Shown here piece by piece: positions 9,862 to 18,968 of a stretch of DNA of 64,000 nt (positions are counted from its first letter, which is position 1; each line of letters begins with the position of its first letter). The notes under the pieces are model-generated. The model saw nothing but the letters and a program-made list of their open reading frames with translations, was not told where the DNA came from and ran no database searches. A program made the translations under genes and the position numbers. The DNA lies in the NCBI GenBank assembly GCA_035512695.1, contig DATKDL010000227.1, positions 6,941 to 70,940 on the forward strand, given 5' to 3'. This DNA comes from Anaerolineales bacterium (GTDB lineage: Bacteria; Chloroflexota; Anaerolineae; Anaerolineales; JABWBV01).

Positions 9862-11106
9862 TCACTCCGCCGCCTTGGAGACGACGACCGGGTAGATCCC
9901 ATCGTGTACCCGGACATTGAGCCGGTCCCCGCGGGTCGTTTGCGCCACCGAGGCGATCACGGCGCCGTCCGGACCGGTCACGATGGAATAGCCGCGCTGG
10001 AGGATCCCTACAGGGTTGGCGGCTTCGAGACGGGCCCGGATCGATCCGAGCTGCAGCCCCGTCCGATCCAGGCGTGCAGCGGCAGCCCGGGCGGTGCGCA
10101 GGCTTCGTTCGTCGAGCCGCTGGCGTTCGTTCGCCAGTCGGGCTGTCGGGGCAACCCGTTCGAGCCGGTAATCCATGGCCTCGCAGCCCTGGCGCAAGGT
10201 GAACAGGAGGCTCGCGGCCAGCCGGTCCAGGTGTTCGCCGATCTCACGCAGCGCAGATTGGAGCTCGAGGCGGTCCGGGGTGACGAGTTCGGCGGCGGCG
10301 GTCGGAGTCGGTGCGCGGAGGTCGGAGGCGAAGTCCGCCAGGGTGAAATCCGTTTCGTGCCCGATCCCGGTGACGACCGGGATCGGGCAGGCCGCGATGG
10401 CCCGGACGACGGTTTCGTCGTTGAAGGCCCACAGGTCTTCCAGCGAACCGCCGCCGCGCCCGAGCAGGATCACCTCGGCGCGGCCGTCGGCGGCAAGGCG
10501 TTCGAGGCTGCGGACGATCCCCGGCGGGGCGTCGATTCCCTGGACGGCGGTGGGGGCGATCAGGACCTCCGCCAGGGGGTAGCGCCGCCGGATCGTGTTC
10601 AGCATATCCTGGAGGGCGGCTCCCGTCGGTGAGGTGACGATCCCGATGCAGGCCGGGGCGGTCGGGACAGGCCGTTTACGGGATGGGTCGAACAGACCCT
10701 CGTCTTCGAGCGCCGCTTTGAGCCGCAGAAATTCCTGGTACAGGGCGCCCTGGCCGGCCGGCTGGATCGATTGCATATAAAGCTGGTACTGGCCGCCGGC
10801 TTCATAGACGCCGATACCGCCCTGCGCCTCCACCAGGTCCCCGGCGCGTGGGGTGAAGCGCAGCCGCTGGACTTGCGGCTTCCACATCACGCAGCGCAGC
10901 GATGCCTGCGCGTCCTTGAGGGTCAGATAAAGGTGACCGGATTGGGGGGTGGAGACGTTGGAGACCTCGCCGGTGACACGCACGTTCTGCAGATCCGGGT
11001 CGGTTTCTAACCGGGTCCGGACCAGGCGAGTGAGTTCCCCGACCGTGACGGGCTTCGACGACGCGGAGAAATCCAGGAACATCTGGCTCATGCTGCAAGG
11101 ATACAC
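9862..11106 (-). CDS. xseA: Exodeoxyribonuclease VII large subunit
   Basis: Length and N-terminal OB-fold region (VTVGELTRLVRTRLE...VRVTGEVSN) with a coiled C-terminal part typical of XseA. GTG start at 11106; ATG alternatives lie 5 and 8 codons in. Confidence 0.9.
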   Translation of the reverse strand: MYPCSMSQMFLDFSASSKPVTVGELTRLVRTRLETDPDLQNVRVTGEVSNVSTPQSGHLYLTLKDAQASLRCVMWKPQVQRLRFTPRAGDLVEAQGGIGVYEAGGQYQLYMQSIQPAGQGALYQEFLRLKAALEDEGLFDPSRKRPVPTAPACIGIVTSPTGAALQDMLNTIRRRYPLAEVLIAPTAVQGIDAPPGIVRSLERLAADGRAEVILLGRGGGSLEDLWAFNDETVVRAIAACPIPVVTGIGHETDFTLADFASDLRAPTPTAAAELVTPDRLELQSALREIGEHLDRLAASLLFTLRQGCEAMDYRLERVAPTARLANERQRLDERSLRTARAAAARLDRTGLQLGSIRARLEAANPVGILQRGYSIVTGPDGAVIASVAQTTRGDRLNVRVHDGIYPVVVSKAAE

Positions 11107-11187
11107 GGGGAGGGGCGGTAAGACAAGGGCAGGTCATCCCTCTGCCGGTGAGGGAATTCCCCAACAAGTATGGTTTAATCGAAGGCA

Positions 11188-12048
11188 GTGAACGAGACAC
11201 CGGCACCGCCCCGTACACCCCAATCCCTGCGCCGCCTGACATCCTGGCTCGCGGCGCTCTCCCTGGTCGTCGTCCTTTGGCTGGCGATCAACGCGGTGAC
11301 CGCCGGACGGGAAGTGGCGCCGGACGACGAGACGCCGGTTGCGGGTGGATTGCGTGTGAATGTTGAGGACGGACAGGTCTTCACCGAGCCGGTGGTGAAC
11401 CTGGCCGGCACGGCACCGCCGGATCGGCTGATCTTCATCAATGGGCAGCCGGTGCCCGTCGGTTCGGACGGGGCATTCGAACTGACCTTGCAGCTCGCGG
11501 AGGGGCCGAACCTGATCCTGATCGAAGCCCAGGGCGCCGATGGCGGGACCACTTCGCTGGTCCGGCAGGTGGTGTATTCGGTCCCGGGAGAGGCGGGGGA
11601 AGCTGAAGAAGCGGGACCGCCGGCCGGCCGGCAGCCCGAAATTTCGACCGGGCTGCTGGCGTTGGCGTTGGGGGTGATCCTGCTTGCCGTCGTCATCACG
11701 CTGATCCGGCGCAGGCGGCCGTGGGTCAACCTGACGACCGATGCGCCGGCGCTGCGCCCGGGTCCAAAAGGCACAGGGCCGGTGGTCACCCTGATCGTCG
11801 AGCTGGACCGGGCGGCGCGGATCAGCCTCTATCTGTTGGACGCGCGCGGGCGAACGGTTGCGACCCTGCTCAACAACCGCCGCCGGGGCGCCGGACGGTT
11901 GACCTTCCCATTCGACGGGTACAGCGCCGGTGAGCCGGTCCCGGCCGGGGAATACCGGGTGCGGGTCGAGGCCGGCGTGCCGCTGTTCCGGAGCGTGGCC
12001 GAAACGGCGCTGTTGGTGAACGGCCCGGGTGGGGAACCGATATTCTGA
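11188..12048 (+). CDS. Hypothetical membrane-anchored protein with C-terminal FlgD-Ig-like domain
   Basis: N-terminal TM, a second TM near aa 150-175, and C-terminal LYLLDARGRTVATLL...GEYRVRVEAG resembling the FlgD Ig-like fold. GTG start. Confidence 0.5.
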   Translation: MNETPAPPRTPQSLRRLTSWLAALSLVVVLWLAINAVTAGREVAPDDETPVAGGLRVNVEDGQVFTEPVVNLAGTAPPDRLIFINGQPVPVGSDGAFELTLQLAEGPNLILIEAQGADGGTTSLVRQVVYSVPGEAGEAEEAGPPAGRQPEISTGLLALALGVILLAVVITLIRRRRPWVNLTTDAPALRPGPKGTGPVVTLIVELDRAARISLYLLDARGRTVATLLNNRRRGAGRLTFPFDGYSAGEPVPAGEYRVRVEAGVPLFRSVAETALLVNGPGGEPIF

Positions 12049-12092
12049 TAGAATCCCATCCGAAGTTACGGAAAACCAGATCATCCGATCGT

Positions 12093-13457
12093 ATGGAGAC
12101 CAGAATGGACGATGTCCTGATTATCGGTGGGGGGCCTGCCGGCTCAACCACCGCTGCACTGCTCGCAAAACAGGGCCATTCGGTCCGGTTGTTCGAAAAA
12201 GAGAAATTCCCCCGCGAACATGTTGGAGAATCACTGCTGCCTTTTTGCTATCCCATCCTCAAAGAGTTGGGCGTCTTTTCGGAGTTGGAGAAGCACTTTG
12301 TCCGGAAGCCTGCGGTCCGCTTTTTAAGCAGCGACGGTTCGACGGCCACGAACTGGTGCTTCAACCACGTCATCCACGACGAGAGTTATCTCTCGTTCCA
12401 GGTCGACCGCAAGTATTTCGATACGATCCTGCTCCGCAACGCCGCCCGGTTGGGCGCAAACGTCCGGGAACAGAGCCGGGTGACGACGGTGGATTTCGAT
12501 ACCGATCCCGAACGGGTGATCGTCACCGTCCAGGATGAGGCGGGACAGGAGGAGACCTATTCCGGCCGTTTCCTGATCGATGCGAGCGGGCGCAGTTCGT
12601 TCATCGCCAACCGCAACCGCTGGCGCGTCCCTGACCCGAACCTGCAGCGGACGGCCCTGTGGACGCATTGCTTCGACATCGCCGAGATGAAAGGCGGGTT
12701 GGAGTACGGGGCATCGCTGATCGTCTACCTGGGCGGCGACAAGCGCGGCTGGATCTGGGCGTTTCCGCTCGGTGATAAACACCTGACCGTCGGGGTGGTG
12801 CTGGAGAACAGCTATCTGCGCGAGCGCAAACGGGCCATCTCCGAATCGGGAGACCGGGATTGGCGGATCGCCATTTTCGAAGAGGAGCTCTTTGAGTCCC
12901 CTTTTATCAAAGACCTGCTTGCGGGGGCCCGGATGATGGATATCCCGTATATCGAGGGCGATTACTCGTATAAATCGGACTTCAAATTTGGGTCGCGGTT
13001 TGCGATGGTGGGCGACTCGGGCCAGTTCATCGATCCGATCTTTTCGAGCGGGATCTACCTGTCGATGAAGTCGGCGACTCTCGTGAGCGCCCGGCTGCAC
13101 GCGATGCTGTCGGATGGGGACATGGATCATAACCGGCTGAACGACATCTACGAGACGGTCAACGGGGCGTACAGCCTGGTCAAGCGGCTGATCGAGATGT
13201 ACTACAACCCGCATTCGATCACGTTTGCGGAGGTCGGTCGGGCGGCCAATCAGAAGGAGCACGAGATCGCCATGGCGGCCGGGCATTACTTCCTGTCCGG
13301 GGATTTCTTCGAGAACCAGGCCCGCTACCAGCCTTTGCTGGACCTGCTCGCAAAGCCGCGCGACTTTCAGCGGTTCAAGGTTGCGGTGATCGACCGGTAT
13401 GACCGGCCGCACGAGAAGTGCGAGATCGATGAGGCGACGGTCATCTTCCCGAAATAA
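12093..13457 (+). CDS. FAD-dependent oxidoreductase, flavin-dependent halogenase-like
   Basis: GGGPAGSTTA dinucleotide motif, GWIWAFP (WxWxIP-like) and FIDPIFSSG motifs. The ATG at 12105 (MDDVLIIGGG, GGAG 6 nt upstream) is an equally good start. Confidence 0.8.
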   Translation: METRMDDVLIIGGGPAGSTTAALLAKQGHSVRLFEKEKFPREHVGESLLPFCYPILKELGVFSELEKHFVRKPAVRFLSSDGSTATNWCFNHVIHDESYLSFQVDRKYFDTILLRNAARLGANVREQSRVTTVDFDTDPERVIVTVQDEAGQEETYSGRFLIDASGRSSFIANRNRWRVPDPNLQRTALWTHCFDIAEMKGGLEYGASLIVYLGGDKRGWIWAFPLGDKHLTVGVVLENSYLRERKRAISESGDRDWRIAIFEEELFESPFIKDLLAGARMMDIPYIEGDYSYKSDFKFGSRFAMVGDSGQFIDPIFSSGIYLSMKSATLVSARLHAMLSDGDMDHNRLNDIYETVNGAYSLVKRLIEMYYNPHSITFAEVGRAANQKEHEIAMAAGHYFLSGDFFENQARYQPLLDLLAKPRDFQRFKVAVIDRYDRPHEKCEIDEATVIFPK

Positions 13458-13458
13458 G

Positions 13459-13534
13459 CGGGTCGAGATCGCGAAAAACAAGCGGCCCGGCGGGGTATCC
13501 CGCCGGGCCGCTTGTTTTTCGCGATCTCGACCCG
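13459..13534. terminator. Bidirectional 36-bp perfect hairpin filling the whole intergenic gap
   Basis: CGGGTCGAGATCGCGAAAAACAAGCGGCCCGGCGGG, loop GTAT, then the exact reverse complement. It starts 2 nt after one stop codon and ends 1 nt before the convergent ppdK stop. Confidence 0.75.
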
Positions 13535-16273
13535 TTATTCCGCGTAATCCAACGCCGCCTGCGCCGCTGCCAGCCTGGCGATCGGCACTCGGAACGGCGA
13601 ACAGCTCACGTAGTTCAGCCCCAGCCGGTGGCAGAGCGCGATGCTTTCGGGATCCCCCCCGTGCTCTCCGCAAACGCCGATCTCGAGATCCAACCGGGCC
13701 CCCCGGCCTTTATTGACGGCAATTTCCATCAGGTTCCCGACCCCATCCTCGTCGATCGTCTGGAAGGGGTTGACCAGGAGTATCCCATCCTCGATGTATT
13801 TCACCAGGAAATTGCGCTCCGCGTCATCTCTTGAATAACCGAACGTGAATTGGGTCAGATCGTTCGTTCCAAACGAGAAGAACTCGGCCACCTCTGCGAT
13901 CTGGTCGGCGGTCAGGCCGGCGCGAGGAATCTCGATCATCGTCCCGAACTTGTACGAAAACGACACCCCTTTCTCTTCCATCACCGCCTTCGCGATCTCC
14001 TCCAGCTTCGGCTGGATGAAATGCAGTTCGTTGACGTGCCCGGTCAGCGGGATCATGACCTCCGGGTGCGGCTCGAACCCGCGCAGCTTGACGTCCGCGG
14101 CGGCCTCAAAGATGGCCCGCACCTGCATCGAGACGATCTCGGGCATCATGACGCTCAACCGGACACCGCGCAGACCCATCATCGGGTTGCTCTCGTGCAG
14201 CGCCTGGATGCTGCCCAGCAGCTTATCCTTCTCCGGGACGTTCTCTCCCTTGAGCCGCGCCTCGATCACCTCTTCCAGCAGCGCATGCTCGTCCGGCATG
14301 AATTCGTGCAGCGGCGGGTCGATCAGCCGGATGATCACCGGCAGCCCGGTCATGGCCTCGAACAGCCCGTCGAAATCGACCCGCTGGAACGGCAGCAGCT
14401 TGTCCAGCGCCGCCTGGCGGCCTTCCACCGAGTCGGACAGGATCATGTCCTGTACGATCGGCAGCCGTTCGGTCTCGAAGAACATGTGCTCCGTCCGGCA
14501 CAACCCGATGCCTTTCGCACCGTACGTGCGCGCCCGCCGGGCATCGTCCGGGTAGTCGGCGTTCGCCCAGACCTGGAGACCCTTATCCGGCCAGCCCTCC
14601 GGCGCTTTGCGGATCCCGGGGGTCGCGGCGATCTCGTCGGCCCAGTCGAGCAAGCGCAGCAGGTCGGTCTGCTCTTCAAGCGTCGGCGCGATGGTATCGA
14701 TCTCGCCGACAAAGACTTCCCCCGTCGTCCCGTCCACCGAGAGCCAATCGCCTTCGGAGACCGTCACGTCCCCGGCTGTCAGCCGGCGGTTGGCCTGGTC
14801 GATCCGGATCGCCGAGGCGCCGACCACGCACGGGATCCCGAACTGGCGGGCCACCACCGCAGCGTGAGACGTCGCCCCTCCTTCGCTGGTCAGGATGCCT
14901 TTTGAGGCCAGCATTCCGTGGACGTCGTCCGGCTTGGTGAACGGCCGGACCATGATCACATCCTGCCCATCTTCTTGATGCTTCCGCTCGGCCGTGTCGG
15001 CATCGAAATAGACCCGGCCCACCGCAGCACCCGGCGAGGCGTTGACCCCGCGGGCGATCAGCTTGCCGCTCTCCTCGGCCTCCCGCTTTGACTCGAAATT
15101 GAACTGCGGGTGCAGCAGGGTATCGACATCGGTGGGTTTGACTTTCCGAACCGCTTCTTCTTTTGAGATCAGGCCCTCATCGGCCATATCCACGGCGATC
15201 TTGACGATCGCCTTGGCGGTCCGTTTTCCGTCCCGAGTCTGCAGCATCCAGAGTTTGCCGCGCTCGACGGTGAACTCGACGTCCTGCATCTCCCGGTAGT
15301 GATCCTCCAGCCGGCGGCAGACCTCGATAAAATCTGCATACGCCTGCGGGAGGGTGTCCTCCATATTCGTGATCGGCTCGGTGTTGCGGATCCCGGCGAC
15401 GACGTCCTCGCCCTGGGCGTTCAGCAGGTAGTCGCCATACAGGATCTTCTCGCCCGTGGCCGGGTCACGGGTGAAAGCCACCCCGGTCCCCGAATCCCAG
15501 CCCATGTTCCCGAACACCATCGTCTGGATATTGACCCCGGTGCCCAGGTCATGCGGGATGCCGGCCGCGTTGCGGTAGTCGATGGCGCGCTTGCCGTTCC
15601 AGCTCTCGAAAACGGCTTCCGTGGCCAATCGCAGCTGCTCGTTCGGGTCCTGCGGGAAATCGCGCCCGATCTCCGCCTTGATCGTGGCCTTGAAAGCCTC
15701 GGTCATCGTTTTCCAGTCCTCGGCGGTCAGGTCGGTGTCGGTCTTGTAGCCCTTCTCGGCCTTGTATTTCTCGAGCGGATGCTCGAAGGCGTCGTCGTCG
15801 ATCCCGAGCACGACCGATCCGAACATCTGGACGAGCCGGCGGTAGGAATCGTAGACGAAGCGCTCGTCGCCGGTCAGCGCGGCCATCCCCGCCGCCGTCT
15901 CGTCGTTGAGCCCGATGTTCAGGACTGTGTCCATCATCCCAGGCATCGAGTTCTTCGCCCCGGACCGGCAGGATACCAGCAGCGGGTCGGACGGGTCGCC
16001 AAACTTCTTACCGGTCTCCATCTCCGTGGCCCGCATAGCCTCGAGCTCCTGTTCCCACATGCCGTCCGGGAACTGCATCCCGGCCTTGAGATAGGCGTTG
16101 CAGGCTTCGGTCGTCACCGTGAAACCCGGGGGAACCGGTGCGCCGATACGAGTCATTTCCGCCAGGTTGGCGCCTTTCCCGCCCAACAGCGAACGGACCT
16201 TGTCCCATACCCCCCCGACATAATTTTCCGCTTCATCCACTTCGCGGAACAGATAGACCCATTTGGTCGTCAT
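13535..16273 (-). CDS. ppdK: Pyruvate, phosphate dikinase
   Basis: MTTKWVYLF start with GGAGG upstream, phosphohistidine motif GGATSHAAVVAR, and C-terminal CGEHGGDP. The track ORF start 16465 is an upstream extension. Confidence 0.95.
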   Translation of the reverse strand: MTTKWVYLFREVDEAENYVGGVWDKVRSLLGGKGANLAEMTRIGAPVPPGFTVTTEACNAYLKAGMQFPDGMWEQELEAMRATEMETGKKFGDPSDPLLVSCRSGAKNSMPGMMDTVLNIGLNDETAAGMAALTGDERFVYDSYRRLVQMFGSVVLGIDDDAFEHPLEKYKAEKGYKTDTDLTAEDWKTMTEAFKATIKAEIGRDFPQDPNEQLRLATEAVFESWNGKRAIDYRNAAGIPHDLGTGVNIQTMVFGNMGWDSGTGVAFTRDPATGEKILYGDYLLNAQGEDVVAGIRNTEPITNMEDTLPQAYADFIEVCRRLEDHYREMQDVEFTVERGKLWMLQTRDGKRTAKAIVKIAVDMADEGLISKEEAVRKVKPTDVDTLLHPQFNFESKREAEESGKLIARGVNASPGAAVGRVYFDADTAERKHQEDGQDVIMVRPFTKPDDVHGMLASKGILTSEGGATSHAAVVARQFGIPCVVGASAIRIDQANRRLTAGDVTVSEGDWLSVDGTTGEVFVGEIDTIAPTLEEQTDLLRLLDWADEIAATPGIRKAPEGWPDKGLQVWANADYPDDARRARTYGAKGIGLCRTEHMFFETERLPIVQDMILSDSVEGRQAALDKLLPFQRVDFDGLFEAMTGLPVIIRLIDPPLHEFMPDEHALLEEVIEARLKGENVPEKDKLLGSIQALHESNPMMGLRGVRLSVMMPEIVSMQVRAIFEAAADVKLRGFEPHPEVMIPLTGHVNELHFIQPKLEEIAKAVMEEKGVSFSYKFGTMIEIPRAGLTADQIAEVAEFFSFGTNDLTQFTFGYSRDDAERNFLVKYIEDGILLVNPFQTIDEDGVGNLMEIAVNKGRGARLDLEIGVCGEHGGDPESIALCHRLGLNYVSCSPFRVPIARLAAAQAALDYAE

Positions 16274-16323
16274 GAGTGTGAAACCTCCAGTAAGAGACTT
16301 TTGAACCTTTCCGAAAATGGGGA

Positions 16324-16369
16324 GCGATTTGGGGCGGCTGCAGCAGATCCGCAGTCGCCCCCAAATCGC
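16324..16369. repeat. Imperfect hairpin, member of the GCGAxTTTGGGGGCGG repeat family
   Basis: GCGATTTGGGGCGGCTGC ... GCAGTCGCCCCCAAATCGC (1 bulge, 1 wobble), preceded by CCGAAAATGGGG. Lies in the divergent region between ppdK and the 16460 gene. Confidence 0.5.
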
Positions 16370-16459
16370 CAATGCCTTTCGTAACCCGGGGGATTTTACC
16401 ATGCCCGGACATTCGGCGGACCGGCTCACGGGAGGAGGGTCACAAAAGAGGAGCGCGCC

Positions 16460-16969
16460 ATGCATAAGAGCCTACCGATCCCACCAAAGGTCTTCGCCCT
16501 GATCGCCGGGTTTGCCCTGGTCGCCGCCGCCTGCGTGAACCCGGTCCAGGCCGCCGGATCGCCCACCCCCTGGCCGATACAGACACCCACGGGCACCGCC
16601 GCGCCCTGGGGGGGCACGGCGGCTCCCACCGCCACCATCCCCGCCTCGAGCACCACCGTCCCCCTCCCGCGCCCCATATGCACCATCGAATGGGCCTGGC
16701 GGGATGCGGGCCTGACGATCACGGCGGTCGACGTTTCACGCTCAGACGGTCTCGCCCCGGGCGATCTCATCCTTGCGATCGACGGCCGTGCCGCCGAAGT
16801 CGTGATCGCCGAGATCGAGAGCGGCCTCGGCAATGTGGGCGACCCGGCGCTGCGCCGTGCCCTGGCGCTGGATGCGCTGCTCTACGGGAACGAGATCCTG
16901 GTCCTCCGCGTCCGCCACGGGCAGCAGCCGGCGTATTTTTACATCCTGAGGCCGGATTGCCGCGTGTAG
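16460..16969 (+). CDS. Hypothetical lipoprotein with PDZ-like segment
   Basis: Signal/lipobox FALVAAAC, AGGAG 8 nt upstream of the ATG, and GLAPGDLILAIDG resembling a PDZ carboxylate-binding region. Confidence 0.5.
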   Translation: MHKSLPIPPKVFALIAGFALVAAACVNPVQAAGSPTPWPIQTPTGTAAPWGGTAAPTATIPASSTTVPLPRPICTIEWAWRDAGLTITAVDVSRSDGLAPGDLILAIDGRAAEVVIAEIESGLGNVGDPALRRALALDALLYGNEILVLRVRHGQQPAYFYILRPDCRV

Positions 16970-17040
16970 GTAGGTCAGCGTTTTTTGCTTTTAAGCGTAC
17001 GCGGTATACTATCAAAAAATTAAGTATCAGGAGTCCACCC

Positions 17041-18615
17041 ATGGCCGAACCCTTCCGCCTGACCTACGCCACCATGTACGATCCGCCCGAGCACCTCCAC
17101 GAAAGCTACGATGCCGCCGTGGCCGATCTGAAGGCGGACCTCGGCCGGGAATACGGCATGATCATCAACGGAGAGGAGCGTTTCAGCGACGAAAAATTGG
17201 AAGACACCTCCCCGATCGACACCGGCATCGTCCTGGGGGTCTTCCAGAAAGGCACGGAGCAGGACAGCCGGGATGCCGTCGCAGCCGCCAAAACCGCCTC
17301 TCGTGCCTGGGGCCGTCTGCCCTGGGGTGAGCGGGTCGATCTGCTGCGTAAAGCCGCCGCCCTGATCGACGAACGGGTTTACAAATTCGGCGCCGTCCTC
17401 TCGATGGAGGTCGGCAAGAACCGGATGGAGGCCCTGGCCGACGCGGCCGAGACTGCCGACCTGATCCGCTACGCCTGCGACCAGATGGAAGCCAACAACG
17501 GCTACATCGTGGAGATGGGCGTCGACCCGCTCGTCGGCTATACCGCCCGGAACGTCTCCGTCTTGCGGCCCTACGGCGTCTGGGCGGTCATCTCCCCGTT
17601 CAACTTCCCGGGCGCGCTGACCGGCGGTCCTGCCGGCGCCGCACTGGTGACCGGGAACACGATCGTCATCAAGCCTGCGTCCGACACCGTCTTCACCGTC
17701 CGCCTGCTGGTGGAATGCTTCCGCGATGCGGGGATCCCGGACGGGGTCTTCAACTACGTCACCGGCGGCGGGAGCACGGTCGGCCAGGCGATCATCGACA
17801 GCCCGGATGTCGACGGGGTGACCTTCACCGGTTCGTTCGATGTCGGGATGGGAATCTACCGCGCCTTCGCCGCCGGAAAATACCCGCGGCCGACCATTCT
17901 CGAGATGGGCGGGAAGAACCCTGCCGTCGTCTCCCGCAACGCCGACCTCGATCGAGCCACCGCCGGGATCATCCGCTCCGCCTTCGGACTCCAGGGCCAG
18001 AAGTGCTCGGCGGCCTCCCGGGTCTACATCGAAGGACCGGTCTACGACGAGATGCTCGAACGGCTGAAGCAGGCCACCGAAAAACTCGTCGTCGGTGACC
18101 CGACCCGGCGGGAGACCTTCATGGGTCCAGTGATCAATAAGTGGGCCTACAACGATTTCAAGAACTTCACCGAGGACCTGTCCCAGAACGGATCGTTCCT
18201 GGCCGGCGGGAAGGTCCTGACCGAAGGCGACTACGGTCGCGGTTATTTTTGCGCCCCGACCTTTGCGACGGGGACCCCGGACGAGCACAAGCTCTGGAAG
18301 CAGGAAATGTTCCTGCCGATCTCGATGATCCGGAAAGTAGACAGCCTGGAGGAGGCCATGGCCTTTGCCAACGACGTCGATTACGGCCTGACCGCCGGGA
18401 TCTACGGCAGCGAGGACGAGGTGGACTGGTTTTTCGAGAACATCGAAGCCGGGGTCACCTACGCCAACCGGCCCCAGGGCGCCACCACCGGTGCGTGGCC
18501 GGGTTTCCAACCGTTCGGCGGCTGGAAAGGCTCCGGTTCGTCCGGCAAGAACGCGGGTGGGCTGTACTACCTGCCGCTCTACATGCACGAACAAAGCCGG
18601 ACCCTGATCGTATAA
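17041..18615 (+). CDS. pruA: L-glutamate gamma-semialdehyde (1-pyrroline-5-carboxylate) dehydrogenase
   Basis: Aldehyde dehydrogenase motifs EMGGKN and GQKCSAASR. N-terminal EPFR... pattern as in P5CDH. ATG 17041 with CAGGAG upstream. The track start 16678 is an out-of-gene extension. Confidence 0.85.
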   Translation: MAEPFRLTYATMYDPPEHLHESYDAAVADLKADLGREYGMIINGEERFSDEKLEDTSPIDTGIVLGVFQKGTEQDSRDAVAAAKTASRAWGRLPWGERVDLLRKAAALIDERVYKFGAVLSMEVGKNRMEALADAAETADLIRYACDQMEANNGYIVEMGVDPLVGYTARNVSVLRPYGVWAVISPFNFPGALTGGPAGAALVTGNTIVIKPASDTVFTVRLLVECFRDAGIPDGVFNYVTGGGSTVGQAIIDSPDVDGVTFTGSFDVGMGIYRAFAAGKYPRPTILEMGGKNPAVVSRNADLDRATAGIIRSAFGLQGQKCSAASRVYIEGPVYDEMLERLKQATEKLVVGDPTRRETFMGPVINKWAYNDFKNFTEDLSQNGSFLAGGKVLTEGDYGRGYFCAPTFATGTPDEHKLWKQEMFLPISMIRKVDSLEEAMAFANDVDYGLTAGIYGSEDEVDWFFENIEAGVTYANRPQGATTGAWPGFQPFGGWKGSGSSGKNAGGLYYLPLYMHEQSRTLIV

Positions 18616-18623
18616 AGGTCTTC

Positions 18624-18671
18624 AAAAATGAGCCCCGGCCCGCGCGGCGTGCGGGCCGGGGCTCATTTTTT
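18624..18671 (+). terminator. Rho-independent terminator of pruA
   Basis: ATGAGCCCCGGCCCGC, loop GCGGCGT, GCGGGCCGGGGCTCAT, flanked by AAAAA and TTTTTT. Confidence 0.8.
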
Positions 18672-18681
18672 GCGAATTCGT

Positions 18682-18963
18682 ATGGAAACAGCACGCAGGC
18701 TCGGGTATTTTTTCCTGGTCCTGGCTTTTATCTTTTACATCGCTTCCACCCAGGCTGAAACCGCCGGCCCGGTGGTCCGAGGCCAGCTGGTCGTCTTCCG
18801 AATCTTGTTCGGCCTGCTCGGCATTATCCTGGTGACCCGCTACAGGGGCCGGGCGCGTGAGACCTCCCGGTTTTCCTGGATCCGAAATTTTCTGTTTAAA
18901 CGCAAAGCGCCTCGCAGAAAGAAGGACCGCCAAAAGCGGGGCCGGGGCGAAACGGAGGCCTGA
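18682..18963 (+). CDS. Hypothetical small two-TM protein with basic tail
   Basis: Start moved to ATG 18682, because the track start lies inside the terminator hairpin. Two hydrophobic helices, then an RKAPRRKKDRQKRGRG tail. Confidence 0.4.
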   Translation: METARRLGYFFLVLAFIFYIASTQAETAGPVVRGQLVVFRILFGLLGIILVTRYRGRARETSRFSWIRNFLFKRKAPRRKKDRQKRGRGETEA

Positions 18964-18968
18964 CAACG

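Noticed and set aside
13535-16465. N-terminal extensions of real genes in the track: ppdK to 16465, pruA from 16678, lactate permease from 19622, SBP to 34181, permease to 32977, GT-C paralogue 1 to 45355, UPF0104 to 43300, rfbA from 56107, wecB from 58881, epimerase from 60488.
   Set aside because: The extensions read through hairpins or neighbouring genes and lack family similarity. Internal starts with Shine-Dalgarno sequences or stop/start overlaps give canonical N-termini.
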